DNA of 63,798 nt, counting the filler, from Reticulomyxa filosa (Eukaryota > Protista > Foraminifera), in the NCBI GenBank assembly GCA_000512085.1. It is 26 parts of 26 records of this genome, joined end to end, with 100 filler letters (N's around TTAATTAATTAA, not from the genome) between each part and the next. Parts side by side here need not be neighbours in the genome. Positions count along the whole stretch, not along the records: positions 36,963 to 42,118 come from ASPP01005706.1; positions 42,219 to 43,266 come from ASPP01020866.1; positions 43,367 to 46,423 come from ASPP01007668.1; positions 46,524 to 47,523 come from ASPP01043306.1; positions 47,624 to 48,941 come from ASPP01024542.1; positions 49,042 to 50,521 come from ASPP01004202.1; 20 more parts are not named here. One strand, given 5' to 3'. Positions within the stretch are counted from its first letter, which is position 1, and the number at the start of each line of letters is the position of its first letter. Shown in pieces: positions 37,067 through 49,399 of the stretch. The translations under genes and the position numbers were made by a program. The notes beneath the pieces are model-generated. The model had not been told where the DNA came from and searched no databases. It saw nothing but the letters and a program-made list of their open reading frames with translations.

Positions 37067-39058
37067 GAAAAAGATACAAAAAAATATTTTCTTTCTGGTA
37101 TTGACATTTATTTTTGGAACTTTTATGGCCGAGTGTTCATCAAGTTGTTAATACACAGCTACTCATCGTTCCGAACATGTTTTCTTCTACACAAAAAAGA
37201 AATGTACTAACCTTGTAGTGTTGGCAAAGATGACAAAGTTCTGTTTATGAAGCAAATGAGGTCCTAACAAAAAATCAGTCGATATTAAAAAAAGAAAAGA
37301 AATGAACAAGAAAATAATTATTACTTAATTAAAAAAAGGGGCGATTTTTAAACTGAGTCAAGCAAGTGTTATACATAACAAATTGAAACCTTAATCGTTT
37401 GAATAATGCAAATAAATGAAACTAATCCACGTCCTTTCATTTTAACAGAGGATATAATCCCAATATTTGTACATACAATTATTTCAATCCATTTTTTGCA
37501 ATCCTCTTTCTTAAAAACACAGCCGTATTGCATAAGTATCACATGATCATAAAAATTTCCTTTTTGCAAACAGCAAGACAGAAACAAAACGCACTTGCTC
37601 AATGTTTTATAATTTTTGTTTATTGTTGTAGTATGAACATTTGATTATTATTGTCTTGGCCTATTTTGGAAAAGTCTGTACCATGCTTACTTTTTTATCA
37701 ATCAAAATTTTAATGTGTTAAAAAAAATTGAAGTGTCAAAGCAAATTTGCAAGTGTTAGAAAAAAGACAAAATTAATTACCGATGTCGATTAATCATGAA
37801 TTCTTAAATTTAAAAAATAATTTGTTTACATTTCCGTTAATTTGCATGAAATATTCGATTTTGTTGTTTCAAAAGATTTTTGTTATAATACAGTCAAGTC
37901 CTTTCCATATTTATTATTTTGTATCAAATTGTGAATTTAAAATATCTTTAGTTCGAAATTGAAGGAATTTAAGTGGAAACAAAATTTAGTTTTTCATTTC
38001 GACAAAAGAAAATTGTTAGTGATGAACTTTTTCTCCACTTTTTCTAAAGTTTTCCAGCAAGTTCGTTCCGGTGTTCAGTGCTTGTGGTGAAAGTATCGTC
38101 GATTTTCGCGTCCATTTCGTTTCGAAGAAGTTACACAAACAACTTTCTTCTTTTTTTCTTTGTTTTTTTAAACACCAAAAGTTTGTAGTTGAGAAACATC
38201 ACTTCAAAAAAAAGAGGTCAAAGATTGTTCGTGATTGATATTGTAATTTTGGCTGGAGTCATTTTGGATGTGCCGTATCATTTTGGCAGCAGATGGATTG
38301 ATAGTGATTATTATGGTATGTTACCATATTCCCGTAGTAATGGAGCCAAGTCAGCAGTCAGCGCACTGCAGTGCTTATCACATTTACGATTTATCATCGC
38401 AACAAGCTTGCGATACAGGAGCATCGGTGTTTGCAAGCAAACCAAGGCCACATTAAAGGTTTGCGTTAACTGCGTCACCGAAAATATATGACTTGCAGTA
38501 CTGATGTGGCAAATGTCCATCTGTGGATGGACATGAGATCATGTCTCTCCCCCTTGGTGTTACCGGCAGTGTGCCGTGCATTTAAATTTTCATTTTGAAA
38601 AAAAATATAAATAAAAAACTCTTGCGTTGAAACCCTTTGTGCTAGTGATGTTTACTACAACAATTCATCAACATTTCTCAAGTTGACATTTTGAATTTTG
38701 ATATACTGTATAATTGCAAAAAAAAAAAGCAGAGTAATTTAAGAGTGTAAATTTCTTTATTGTTAAAATGGGGGTAAATGTTTAAATTGATGAAATGATT
38801 GCACAAGTTTCGGATTTAATTTTGTTTGCATAGCAAGAAAGAATAGTCAAATATAATGTTCTGATAGTGGAAGGAGAATGTTAAGAAAAACAAATGAAAT
38901 TACAATTTTTTTTTTTTTAACGCAGAACGATCAAATATGTTTTTTTGATCAATCAAAGTTCACTACGTTTAAACAAGCTCTAAGTGACACAGCCTCCAAG
39001 AACAGAGAAAGAGTGGAGGATGAAAAAAAAGGCTCTATCTTTTGTGTTGTTGGAGTAT

Positions 39059-42025
39059 TTAAAGCGTGGCATTAATTTCGTCAATCAATTGTTTCAAGCG
39101 TGCCACTGTTTCACGATACCAAAACCTTTGTTGATAAGTGGCCTGTGAAAAAGAGTAATTTCTAGCAGGTTGTTCGTCTTCTTGAGCGTCATCAGAGAGA
39201 ATGGTATCGTCAGCATTATTGTTCCACTTGTCCAATTCTTTACAAACGACCACATCATAGTACTCAATCGTACGCCTCATAAATTCCGCACTCAGCAAGT
39301 CATCATAGCGAATTTTGTGGCTCCGACTTTTGTAAGCAGGATTGTCCAGAGCCCCATTCGTTTTATTTTCCGTGGCTCCAGGATTGGTAAATGTGAGTGA
39401 GACGGGCGCACTTGCAGTATTGGTGTTAGTGTTGTTGTTGTTTAAAGGTGGCAACAACAAATTGGGCGAGTTTGTGGGTGTATGCGTATGTGACTCTCTT
39501 TTGCTAGTGGCAATGGCGTTGCCACTCATGGTGTTACTACTTCGAATGGTATTCGGAGGATTTGCAAGGATAGGAATGCCTTGCACTTGATCGACAGCAA
39601 ATAAGCTGTGCTCTTCGTTCATCGGCGTGGTGAGCAGCATTTCTTCGATTAATTTGGACTCTTTCGACTCATCATTTTCGTTGTCACTAGTGGATATGAT
39701 GGTCTCTTCTCGCTCTTTCCCTTTTTGCATGGTCGATAGGATGCCATTACCAATGCCATTGGAAGAAAACCACATCGACATCCTCGGCGAAGCACCAAAG
39801 CCTATTATGTCGTCCTTTTGTGCGACCGAGTCTTTGCCTTTTTTATGATTGGACAACAGCGTCATGGACACTTGTTTTTGTCTCGCGTTGAGCCACGACG
39901 TCTCTTCGTTGCCGCTTTCTTTTTTTGTTGTCTCTGTTCGATTCAGCGATATCCCCATCAGTTCCTCGCGCTCCTTTTCCAAATCACGCTCCTTGATTAT
40001 CGTCCTGCTTGCTGTGGTGGGGATTATCAGCGTATGATTGGAATGGTGTTGCGGCATATGAGCCATTGTCACAATGCTCTGTTCTTCTTCTGTGGATGGC
40101 AATAGCACTGTCTGTGATTCAGTCTTGTTATTGTTACTATTGTAATTATTATTATTATTAATATTTGCATTATTATTATTATAATTGTTATTATAATTGT
40201 TATTATTATTGCTATTGTTATTGTTATTATTATTATTATTATTATTACTATTATTATTACTATTATTATTATTATTATTGTTATTATTATTATTGCTATT
40301 GCTATTGTTTGCATTGCCATTTATGGACGTAGGCAACGTATACGATACACGGCTTTTACTTTTGCTTCGACTCTTTTCGGGCGGATGCGGAGCCGGATTT
40401 GGAGACAGACTATCGCGAACTTTGCCAGCAGGAGCGGGTTTGGAGACGATCGGAACCCGACTGTTCTCCATTTGTGGGGTCACGCTGTTGGTGATGGTGC
40501 CGTTATGCACGCTGCCGCTGAGGAAGGAAGACAGGTCTTGCACGCCACTCCCTGTCGTGTTGTTGTATGTGTGGTGGCCGAGAACAACAGCACCCGCGCG
40601 CGCAGACGACTCGCGATCGCTCGTCGCCATCAAAGAGCGGCTTGTTGTCACCAGCGCCGCGCTGCGATCCAAAGGCAAGTACCCATAGCGATTCCGACGA
40701 GCAGTCATTGTGAGCGCTCCATTTGATATCCCGTACACAATGTCTTTTTGTCCCTCGGTCAGTGCATCAGTATTTACCATTTCCAGCCGATGTCTAGTTG
40801 CATTTTATTTTTGTTCATTGTAATATATGGATTAAATAAATAAATAAATAAATATATACATAATAAATATATATATATTTATATGTATATATTTATTTAG
40901 TTTATGTAATTGAAAAAAAAAACAAACAATACAATACAATATAATATAATATACTTGTTAAAGTCTAAATAACGTTGTGCATATGACAGTTCCGAATGCA
41001 ACCCAATTTCCTTATGAAGGTCAAATAAAAACATATTTTTTGGAGTTGGTGGCAAAAGTCCGTAGAATTTGTTGGCGATTGGGAGAGGAGGAGGAAGAGG
41101 AGGAGGAGGAGAAGAAGAGAAAGAAGAGGCGGCGATGGCAAATGGATCGTTGAAAAGCGTTTGCTGTGCGAAATGAATCACTCCCGACGTTTCGAAAGAC
41201 TGTTTGGGATGGATAATATATTCCGGTGCAGCGATGTAGGCGATGAGCAAATCACGGAGCCAGGGCTCTTTGACATGGACATAGATCATGGCAATGGTAT
41301 GGTATTCGCGCAGATACTCCATGACGTGATAAGTCAGGTAATGGCAAAACTGTTGCGACGAGTCGCTCGAATTGAATTTGTACCACAGTCCGTGTTCAAG
41401 TACTACCATCCAATCGTGATTGAACCATTGATACGTTTCCACGTACTTGTCGTGTAGCGTGTAATGAATATGCAAATACATCAATGTACCTTTTGGGAGG
41501 AGGGAGAAGGGAGGAGGGAAGGAGGGAGGAGGAGGGAGGAAAAGAATGAAAGTAAAAAACACAATACATTTTAGATAAATGGTAATATACAAAATGCAAT
41601 ACAATAGAAAAAAAAAAAAAAACCAAAGTCAAACCTGCACACAACAAAGTGAGAGCATGTCCCAATCCCATGATCTCAAACCACAACACATCATTAGTAT
41701 GCTTGGCGTTGTCGATCCAAATGCAAAACCACATCCAATACAAGCACAAATGTCCCAGAAAAGCGATGACAAAGTACTTCCACGCGGAGACATTGCCAAC
41801 GCCACGGCCATAAAAGTAACACCAATGATTCTGATTCTGATCGTACTGGACGTGACCGTTGCCGTCGGAATCGTCGTCCGAATTGGGATCGATGTCGTAG
41901 CCACGGTTGTGGTTTGAGTCTTGGAAGTGCTGGTTGTAATCTTGATTGGGGTTGGTTCCTGTCCAGCTGCTTTCCTCGTCTCTTTCATTTGTCTGTTGAA
42001 TTATCTGTCTTTTCAAATGTTCCAT
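39059..42025 (-). CDS. Hypothetical membrane protein with long Asn-rich disordered C-terminal region, multi-exon, probably 5'-truncated
   Basis: Three minus-strand coding blocks: ~42025-41625 (two hydrophobic helices), ~41490-40950 and ~40795-39059 (573-aa ORF with poly-N). No recognisable domain. Confidence 0.65.
40126..40310. repeat. (TTA/TTG)n microsatellite encoding a poly-Asn tract on the minus strand
   Basis: About 60 imperfect trinucleotide units inside ORF 39059-40780. Confidence 0.9.
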
Positions 42026-42221
42026 TTCTTCCTCCGTTGTCGACCAGCGATTGGAATGGCGGTTGTTTATTGTATTTGTTATTGTGATTCCGTGTTTATT
42101 GGTGGCATTATTATTATTNNNNNNNNNNNNNNNNNNNNNNNNNNNNNNNNNNNNNNNNNNNNTTAATTAATTAANNNNNNNNNNNNNNNNNNNNNNNNNN
42201 NNNNNNNNNNNNNNNNNNAAA

Positions 42222-42252
<31 letters not shown>

Positions 42253-42289
42253 AACTTTATTTTTTTTTCAAAAAAAAAAAAAAAAACCT

Positions 42290-42445
42290 GAAGGATGTCC
42301 AAAGTTGAAAAGAGTTGCACATCATTATACTCATCTATCAACTGTACGCATTCTCCTGGTTTTATTATTATCGCAGGTGTGCAACTGAGAATAGCCTGTT
42401 TTTTTTTTTTTAAAAAAAATTATTTGATAAAAACTTCAAACCAAA

Positions 42446-42476
<31 letters not shown>

Positions 42477-42986
42477 TAAAACAAAGATAACATTAATGGC
42501 AAATGCATTGACTTGATCACGCAGTGATTGTCTCATGTATTCATTCTCCATTTCAATCAAAGCACAGTCGTGTAACAATTGAAGCAGTTTTTTGCACCAT
42601 CTCTGCCTTGCAATGTCTTTGGGACGCGCATATGTCCCTTGGCTCCCCTGCTCACTTCCTTTGCTTTGACTTACCTTGCATAGCTCCGTCACATGTTGCA
42701 TTGCCAAATAACGTTGCTTGTTGTCACTCAACAAGTCGTACCAATCACTAAAATCCACAATTTTTTTTTTAATTTGACAATCTTTCAATAACGCTTTTGT
42801 GTTTGTTTTGATTTGGTTTGGTTGTGCTTCTGTTTGCTTGTACAACAAGCTCAGCACAAACAAAATATCAACACAAACCTTGTGCCAAATCATAGGAATT
42901 ATGCACTAACAAGTCCAATAGGATGATTTCATCTATCGCTGAAAGAGCCCGCGATGATATATCTGACATTGTTATATCTTGATCCA
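42290..42986 (-). CDS. Hypothetical helical protein, 5' part (probable frameshift near 42895)
   Basis: MDQDITMSDISSRALSAIDEIILLDLLVH continues in another frame as ORF 42420-42893. A further exon lies at ~42395-42290. Confidence 0.45.
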
Positions 42987-43419
42987 TTGACTTTTCTTTA
43001 ACGTTTTATTTGAAACTCCCTCCTGGAACACTGTAAACAAAAGATCAATATTTATGGCTTGGACTTTTTTTTCACCAGCTAAAAATCTTTCTTAATGTAT
43101 CCGTTTTTTTTCTTTCACAGCCAAAAAAAATTACTATATAATAAAAAACGTCAAGGATATTTCTGTTATTATTTGCAATGATGAAATCTAAAAAAATGAT
43201 ATAGATCAGTTTTCATTTTTACAATGAATGAGAAGTCAAGAATAAAGAGAGGAAAAAAAAAAAAAANNNNNNNNNNNNNNNNNNNNNNNNNNNNNNNNNN
43301 NNNNNNNNNNTTAATTAATTAANNNNNNNNNNNNNNNNNNNNNNNNNNNNNNNNNNNNNNNNNNNNCTTGAGCCAATTTTTTTTTAATTGTGTGCGTGTG
43401 TGTGTGTGTGTGTACATCA

Positions 43420-45107
43420 ACAATTTATTTGGTGTTGGGATTCCGATGATGTAGTGTTTTGTACTGTTTTGAGCATATTTATAACGAAACTACCAGTGTT
43501 TGAGGACATGATATACTTTCGTGGAGAAATTCGATGGGCCACTCGTATACTTGTGCTCATCACTATAGTCACAGGTGGCTTGGAACTCTTTTTTGGTCCC
43601 AAGCGAGACTTTATTAAAGATGTTTGCGTGACTTGGGTCCGCTTTTCAATGTTGATGGCTCTTCTCTTTGTCCTCAGTCGATGGGTGCTGCACAAATTAC
43701 AACAAAAAAGTGAGTTTTTGGAAAAGCATGCCAAGGAACTACCAACTTCATCACAAAATCTTCTTTGCCAATGTCGTTGCAAGTGTCCTTGTTCTTCTTT
43801 GCCGGTTATCCCCACTGCGGATAATCGCACCTCTCCCCCTACCACACTCGAACTCCATGACAATCGGCTCAAACGACAAGGGACTTTCCAGATCACTGTT
43901 TCGAAGACTCCCCGTCTGCACTCGCTCTTTCCCTTTGAAAAAGTCATGCGAGACGAGGACGGAATTGAATTGTTTATGAAGCATTTGAACAAAGAGTTTT
44001 GCATGGGTGAGTTTCCAATATCACATACACAAAAAAAAAGAAAAAAAAAAAAAGGATTGCATTGCAGCGAAAAAAAGTAGATTATATATACGTACATAAG
44101 TACGTATATACATATACATATTTTATAAATATACATAAATGTGTACGTATATATATATATATATATGTATATAATATTATAAAAAATATAACTAATTAGA
44201 GGTAATGCTGTCGTTAATTGAGATTGCTCAGTTTCAAAAACATATGCTGACGGTGTTTCCATCGTTGTCTACATTGGCGACAGGGTCTTGCTTGTTCGAA
44301 AATGGAATCCATTTGCCCGAAACGCTGCCACAATCAATACTGTTGAGAGATAAGGAATTCATTGAAGATGACGTCAACATGTTTTTGACGATGAACTCGG
44401 AAATGCAAAAGCCAGAAAATTCAATCGCCCTCGATAAATCATTTTTATATTGTAAAGTTGTTGTCTTTCATTTGTTCCATCGATATATTGTCGTTGGCAG
44501 CGAGTATTATGTCTTTTTTTTTTTTTTTTTTTTTGGAAACATTATAAATCAATTGATTTTGTTTGTTTGCTTTTGCTTGATTAATGGACGAATGGTTGGA
44601 TTGATTAATTAATTGATTGGCTGATCGACATGTGCCAAATGATCCACTTAGATATGAAATCAACATTTGTTAGTCCCAAATGAAGATTCATTTTGCCTTT
44701 TGTTTGTTGTTTTTATATTCACCTTTTTTTTTTTTTTTTATTTTTTTAAAAAAAATGTTCAAATTATTTGTATGTGTGAACAAAAAGCTGGACGAGAGAG
44801 AACGAAACTAACTCAGTTAATTGAACATAAGGGTCTGTGGTTGAGCAATAAATATCGCCGCCAGAGAAACTTTTCGGCGTCATTGATGTTCTTCTCTCCC
44901 TTTTCATTAAGTCAAGCCAGCAGTAGCAAAATTCTTTTTGATGATTCATTTGAAAGTGATCCTGATATTATCCCCGTTACCACTGCTGAAGCACTGTTCA
45001 CATTGTTTGAACCTTCAATTTACGATATGCTCTCTTTACTTCGTCACAGCTTTTATCGCTTTCAACAATCGGTTGACTATCTTCGCTATTGCCAAAAGAA
45101 ACAATAG
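43420..45107 (+). CDS. Transmembrane RGS protein (7TM-RGS-like), 5'-truncated
   Basis: Hydrophobic helices and the loop D.IYFRGEI precede an RGS box: FEKVMRDEDGIELFMKHLNKEFCM|EVMLSLIE...LFHRYIVVGSE|YEINI|SGRER...LFTLFEPSIYDMLSLLRHSFYRF. YEINI comes from a 17-nt micro-exon at 44652-44668. Confidence 0.85.
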
Positions 45108-46094
45108 CTTTCATCTAATTAATTCCTTCTTTTATATAATGTTATGGATCGAGATGCATCTTATTGCATGGTGTTGACCAAATCGTGCACTATTTTTATT
45201 TTTCTTATGTAGTTGCTCCACTGGCCAAATCACCTATCAAGCGATAATAACTTTAGTTTGTTGCTGTTTTCCTTTTTTTCCTTTACTTTGTAACTTTTTT
45301 TATTCCTTTTTTTCAGTACATATTCTTTTCCCCATTGCATCTGTTTAATCACTGATTGAGTTGTTCTACTTTCATCACTTTAATTTTTTTGTTTACTGTT
45401 TATGGAACGAGAAACTTAAATTTCTTATTTTTTCCGACTTGTTGCTACTTTGTATATATATTTTTTTAATGACAAATTTAAAACAAAATGATATCTTTGT
45501 ACGATGGTAGCAGTGTACGTGAGTCTTGGCACGAAAAAACAACATCCAGACACAATTTTTTTTAATAGAATTTTTGAAACAATTAGTAAATATTTAATAA
45601 AAAACCAAAATCATATTTAAAAACTATAAGATTCGTAGATATTTTTCTTTAAATAAAAACACTATGTCTGGATGTTGTTTTTTCATGAAGAAAATAAATT
45701 ATCTATATAATGTGTAATTTTGGGCTTCAACTTTCTTTTGCATTCTAGTGTATGTTGCCCGATCAAAAAATTACTACAATAAAATGAACACTTCTTGATC
45801 TTTGAACTGAACAGTTGGAATTGGCCAAAAAATATATGTTGACTGTGGAGTTGCAAGTTTCTAAATGTACAATTGCTCAAGCATCTTCTTTCACAAACTC
45901 CAAATAAACGTAAACAAGCGGAAAAACGCTTACAATACGGTAAAAAATTGTTATATTAACGTCAAATAGTGCAAACTTACCAAAAAGATAAACAATAGAA
46001 GACAAAGCATATTCAAAGTAAGTTCAAGTCATAATATATGAACAAAAAATCTAATTAACATTTGAATAAATTAAATTCAACCAAAAGAGAAAAG

Positions 46095-46343
46095 ATGACA
46101 ATGCAAATGTATTATTTATATTTAAATGCTTTGTTTGAACAGCTTTGTGAAAACCTTAACTGGAAAAACAACCACGCTGGATGTTAAACCCAACAACACC
46201 AAAACGTGAAGCTAAAACTCATATAAGGAAGGCAGTCCTCCTGAACAACAGCGACTGTCAAGCAATTGGAAGATGGCATCACCTTAAGTGACCATAACAT
46301 CCAAAATGAAAGCACTTTACATTTTGTAGGAAGATTGAGGTAG
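46095..46343 (+). pseudogene. Ubiquitin-like pseudogene
   Basis: MQI|FVKTLTGKTTTLDVKPNNT..NVKLK...[37 protein letters not shown] with a short intron (46109-46142), frameshifts, loss of IFAG and no terminal GG. Confidence 0.85.
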
Positions 46344-46523
46344 CACCAAGTGTAATAAGAAAGTAATTACTGAAAGGGGTTTCAAAAGGCAAACAAAAGT
46401 ATTAAATAATCAAGATAAACAACNNNNNNNNNNNNNNNNNNNNNNNNNNNNNNNNNNNNNNNNNNNNTTAATTAATTAANNNNNNNNNNNNNNNNNNNNN
46501 NNNNNNNNNNNNNNNNNNNNNNN

Positions 46524-47122
46524 TTTCAACATCCCATAAACGAATTGTTTTGTCTAATGATCCAGAAAAAAGATATCTGCTACCATTAAATGATGAAAAT
46601 TCAATTCCATAAACACATTTTTTGTGTTTATTGAATGTTTGTAATAGCTTATTTTGCTTAAAATCCCAAAAATAAATATTTCTATTATTTGATGAATAGC
46701 AAATTACATTTTCATTATTATTTTGATAATAATATGATGAAAATTTCACACAATACGCAGCATTTGAATATCCGTTTAATAATTGTATTTGTTTGTTGTT
46801 ATCAACATCCCATATACAAACTGTGGGATCATGTGATCCAGAACAAATAAATTGGTGACTACCAAATGTTATATAGTCAATGTTATATACATAGCTTGTA
46901 TGTACGATTAATGTATTGATTAATTTGGATGATGAGCAAAACGTATCAAAAATGAAGATAGCATATGCCTATGTTAAATTAACATTTGAATGTTTTTATT
47001 TTGAAAATAAAATATAAACTAACATAATTGAAAACGAGTTTGTTAAACTCGTTAATCCATCCAAAGTTAATTTGTAATATCCTGGTCCAATGTCGTAATA
47101 CCACTTTAATTTTTTCTTCTTC
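46524..47122 (-). pseudogene. WD40-repeat gene 5' part with N-terminal lineage module, frameshifted
   Basis: EEEKIKVVLRHWTRILQINFGWINEFNKLVFNY, an intron, then FDTFCSSSKLINT...ICSGSHDPTVCIWDV...FSGSLDKTIRLWDVE. Confidence 0.8.
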
Positions 47123-48029
47123 GAGCTATTTTAATCATAAAATCCAAAGTTTTATTTTGTTTAATTTGCTTGTGTGAGTTGACGGGCCTGTTCAAAACAA
47201 AAAACGATAAAAAAAGTAGAATGCTTTCACCGTCAAGTTTTCCAAAATATGCCAATGAAGAGGAAGAATTGGCTGAATTGATGCAATTTTTTCACTTTGC
47301 ATACTCGCGTGCTTCAAACTATAAAGGAACAGTTAGTTTTCCACACGTTGTAGTTCCAGTGACACGTGTACATATGCAAAAGATCGGATAAAATATAGGT
47401 GAAATTTGAAATGTTATTAGAAAGTAACAAAGATTCAAATTCAAAGAATGCACTTAAGCAAAAGGCGATCATCCGAACAATACGTGCTGATCCTCAAAAT
47501 GGCATTGAAGTATTTGAAGGGGANNNNNNNNNNNNNNNNNNNNNNNNNNNNNNNNNNNNNNNNNNNNTTAATTAATTAANNNNNNNNNNNNNNNNNNNNN
47601 NNNNNNNNNNNNNNNNNNNNNNNATCCCTGTAAAAGAAGATAATCATTATCAATGCTTTTATCCAATTAAATTAGGATTATCTTATGAATTGAAAGACAA
47701 CATGCAACAAGTTTGGAAGATTTAATTACTCGAAGCGAAAGTGAATGAAATATTAAATTAGTGGCTAAATTACAAAAATATTTAATAACAATAGTAAAAT
47801 CATCCAAAGTGAAAAAATTCAATATGATTTTTGATATTGGAAGGTTTACAATTTTATGCGATAATATCAGTATGAAAAAAATAGAACAATTCAATTTAAT
47901 TGTTTCTGAAAATAAAGATTTCTTTGATAAGCAATCTAAAACACATTATCGATTTCATAATATTAAATTATATATTCCAAAATATGATATTAATATTGAA
48001 ATACGGAAAACAAAGAATGTGAAGTCCAA

Positions 48030-48290
48030 GATTGTGTCTGATTTATGAGGTAAAACTATTTAATTGTGGAATACCTTATCAGGAAAACAACTCCAAGTAT
48101 TAAGACATACAAGTATGGACGGTTCTATGGTCATACTATTCGATTACGGAATAGAGCATCCGGAAAACAGCTTTCAAACATTGGAAAGATATTTTGATAC
48201 CATTACTTCTATATAATTCTCGTCTGATGGATAAAGATGGTATCAGGTTTAAATGACAAAGCTATTCGATTGTGGAAACTCCCTTCCCTG
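48030..48290 (+). pseudogene. Heavily decayed WD40 remnant
   Basis: KIVS..KTI*LWNTLSGKQLQVL and FSSDG*.MVSGLNDKAIRLW fragments with stops. Confidence 0.55.
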
Positions 48291-49399
48291 CTTCAGAAAA
48301 CAGAATCTTTATTTGTGGAAATGCGATAAAGAGAAGTATTTGGAAAGGTACGAAATGTTTAATTTATCACAGATATTGCTCATAGAACAACGTGGATGAA
48401 CTTTTTAGGCAATTGAGCTTTCACAACTCTTTTAGTCTGATAAAATCTTCTTTTGCCATGTTTGTCAAATTGAATGATGAAAAATTGATATTTTGTATCT
48501 TTCAAGACTTTTGTTTTATTGTTCTCATTGACTTCGTTGGATTCAGTAGTCCGCCTGTATCGAAGTCTTTTTTGCCAGGAATAATGGCAAGAATCAACTC
48601 CTATTTTGCCCAGCCGACGCTTACGCGTGGTTCTTTTGGAGCACTTGATATAAATTGAACTCCAGTTATTAGTGAAAAACCAAATCGAATCTATCTGCAT
48701 ATTTTTGACTTTCTTTTAGACTTAAAATATTAAAATTCAGAAATTTTTTTACGATGAATATAATTTGATTAAAGATGTCAGTTGAGTTTGAGAATTGCAA
48801 TTATTTTTTAAAAAAATCCAAAAAAATCAAATTAGGACAAAAACAAAATTTGATGCAAAGTATCAAACACTTGCAATCAAGTATGCCACCAATTTGGCAT
48901 TTTTTGGCTTCACTTTATCTTTGCTCGCAACCACCACAGTCNNNNNNNNNNNNNNNNNNNNNNNNNNNNNNNNNNNNNNNNNNNNTTAATTAATTAANNN
49001 NNNNNNNNNNNNNNNNNNNNNNNNNNNNNNNNNNNNNNNNNCCTCTGAAATTAATCGATTTAATGACACTTTTAGAATTGTGTAACTAATTTATTTCACA
49101 ATTTTTAGTACTGCAAAAAGATTTATTTACAATTTTTCATTTCAAAATTGTTTCAGATCGTCATATAATAAATTATTCATCATAACGAGTTAACTAGCTA
49201 CAAATTTATTTTAATGTTGGAGAAAAATTTTTTAGAAGAATATTTGTAGTGAAAAATTTTCAGTTTAGAACGGATTTGTTTCTTTAAGAGCAATCCTTTA
49301 AGAATTTTGTTTTTTTTATTCTTTTATACTTTTATCAATGCAATCCACAATCACCACATAAAATCATCAAACACTTCAAAGAGCACGCCATTGAAATTG

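Noticed and set aside
40069-40688. Poly-Leu and poly-Ile ORFs (40197-40688 +, 40069-40320 -) as membrane proteins
   Set aside because: They are antisense or alternate-frame readings of the poly-Asn microsatellite in the 573-aa ORF.
43417-44262. 281-aa minus-strand ORF
   Set aside because: It is antisense to the TM-RGS exons and runs through a TA-repeat intron, with no protein-like features.
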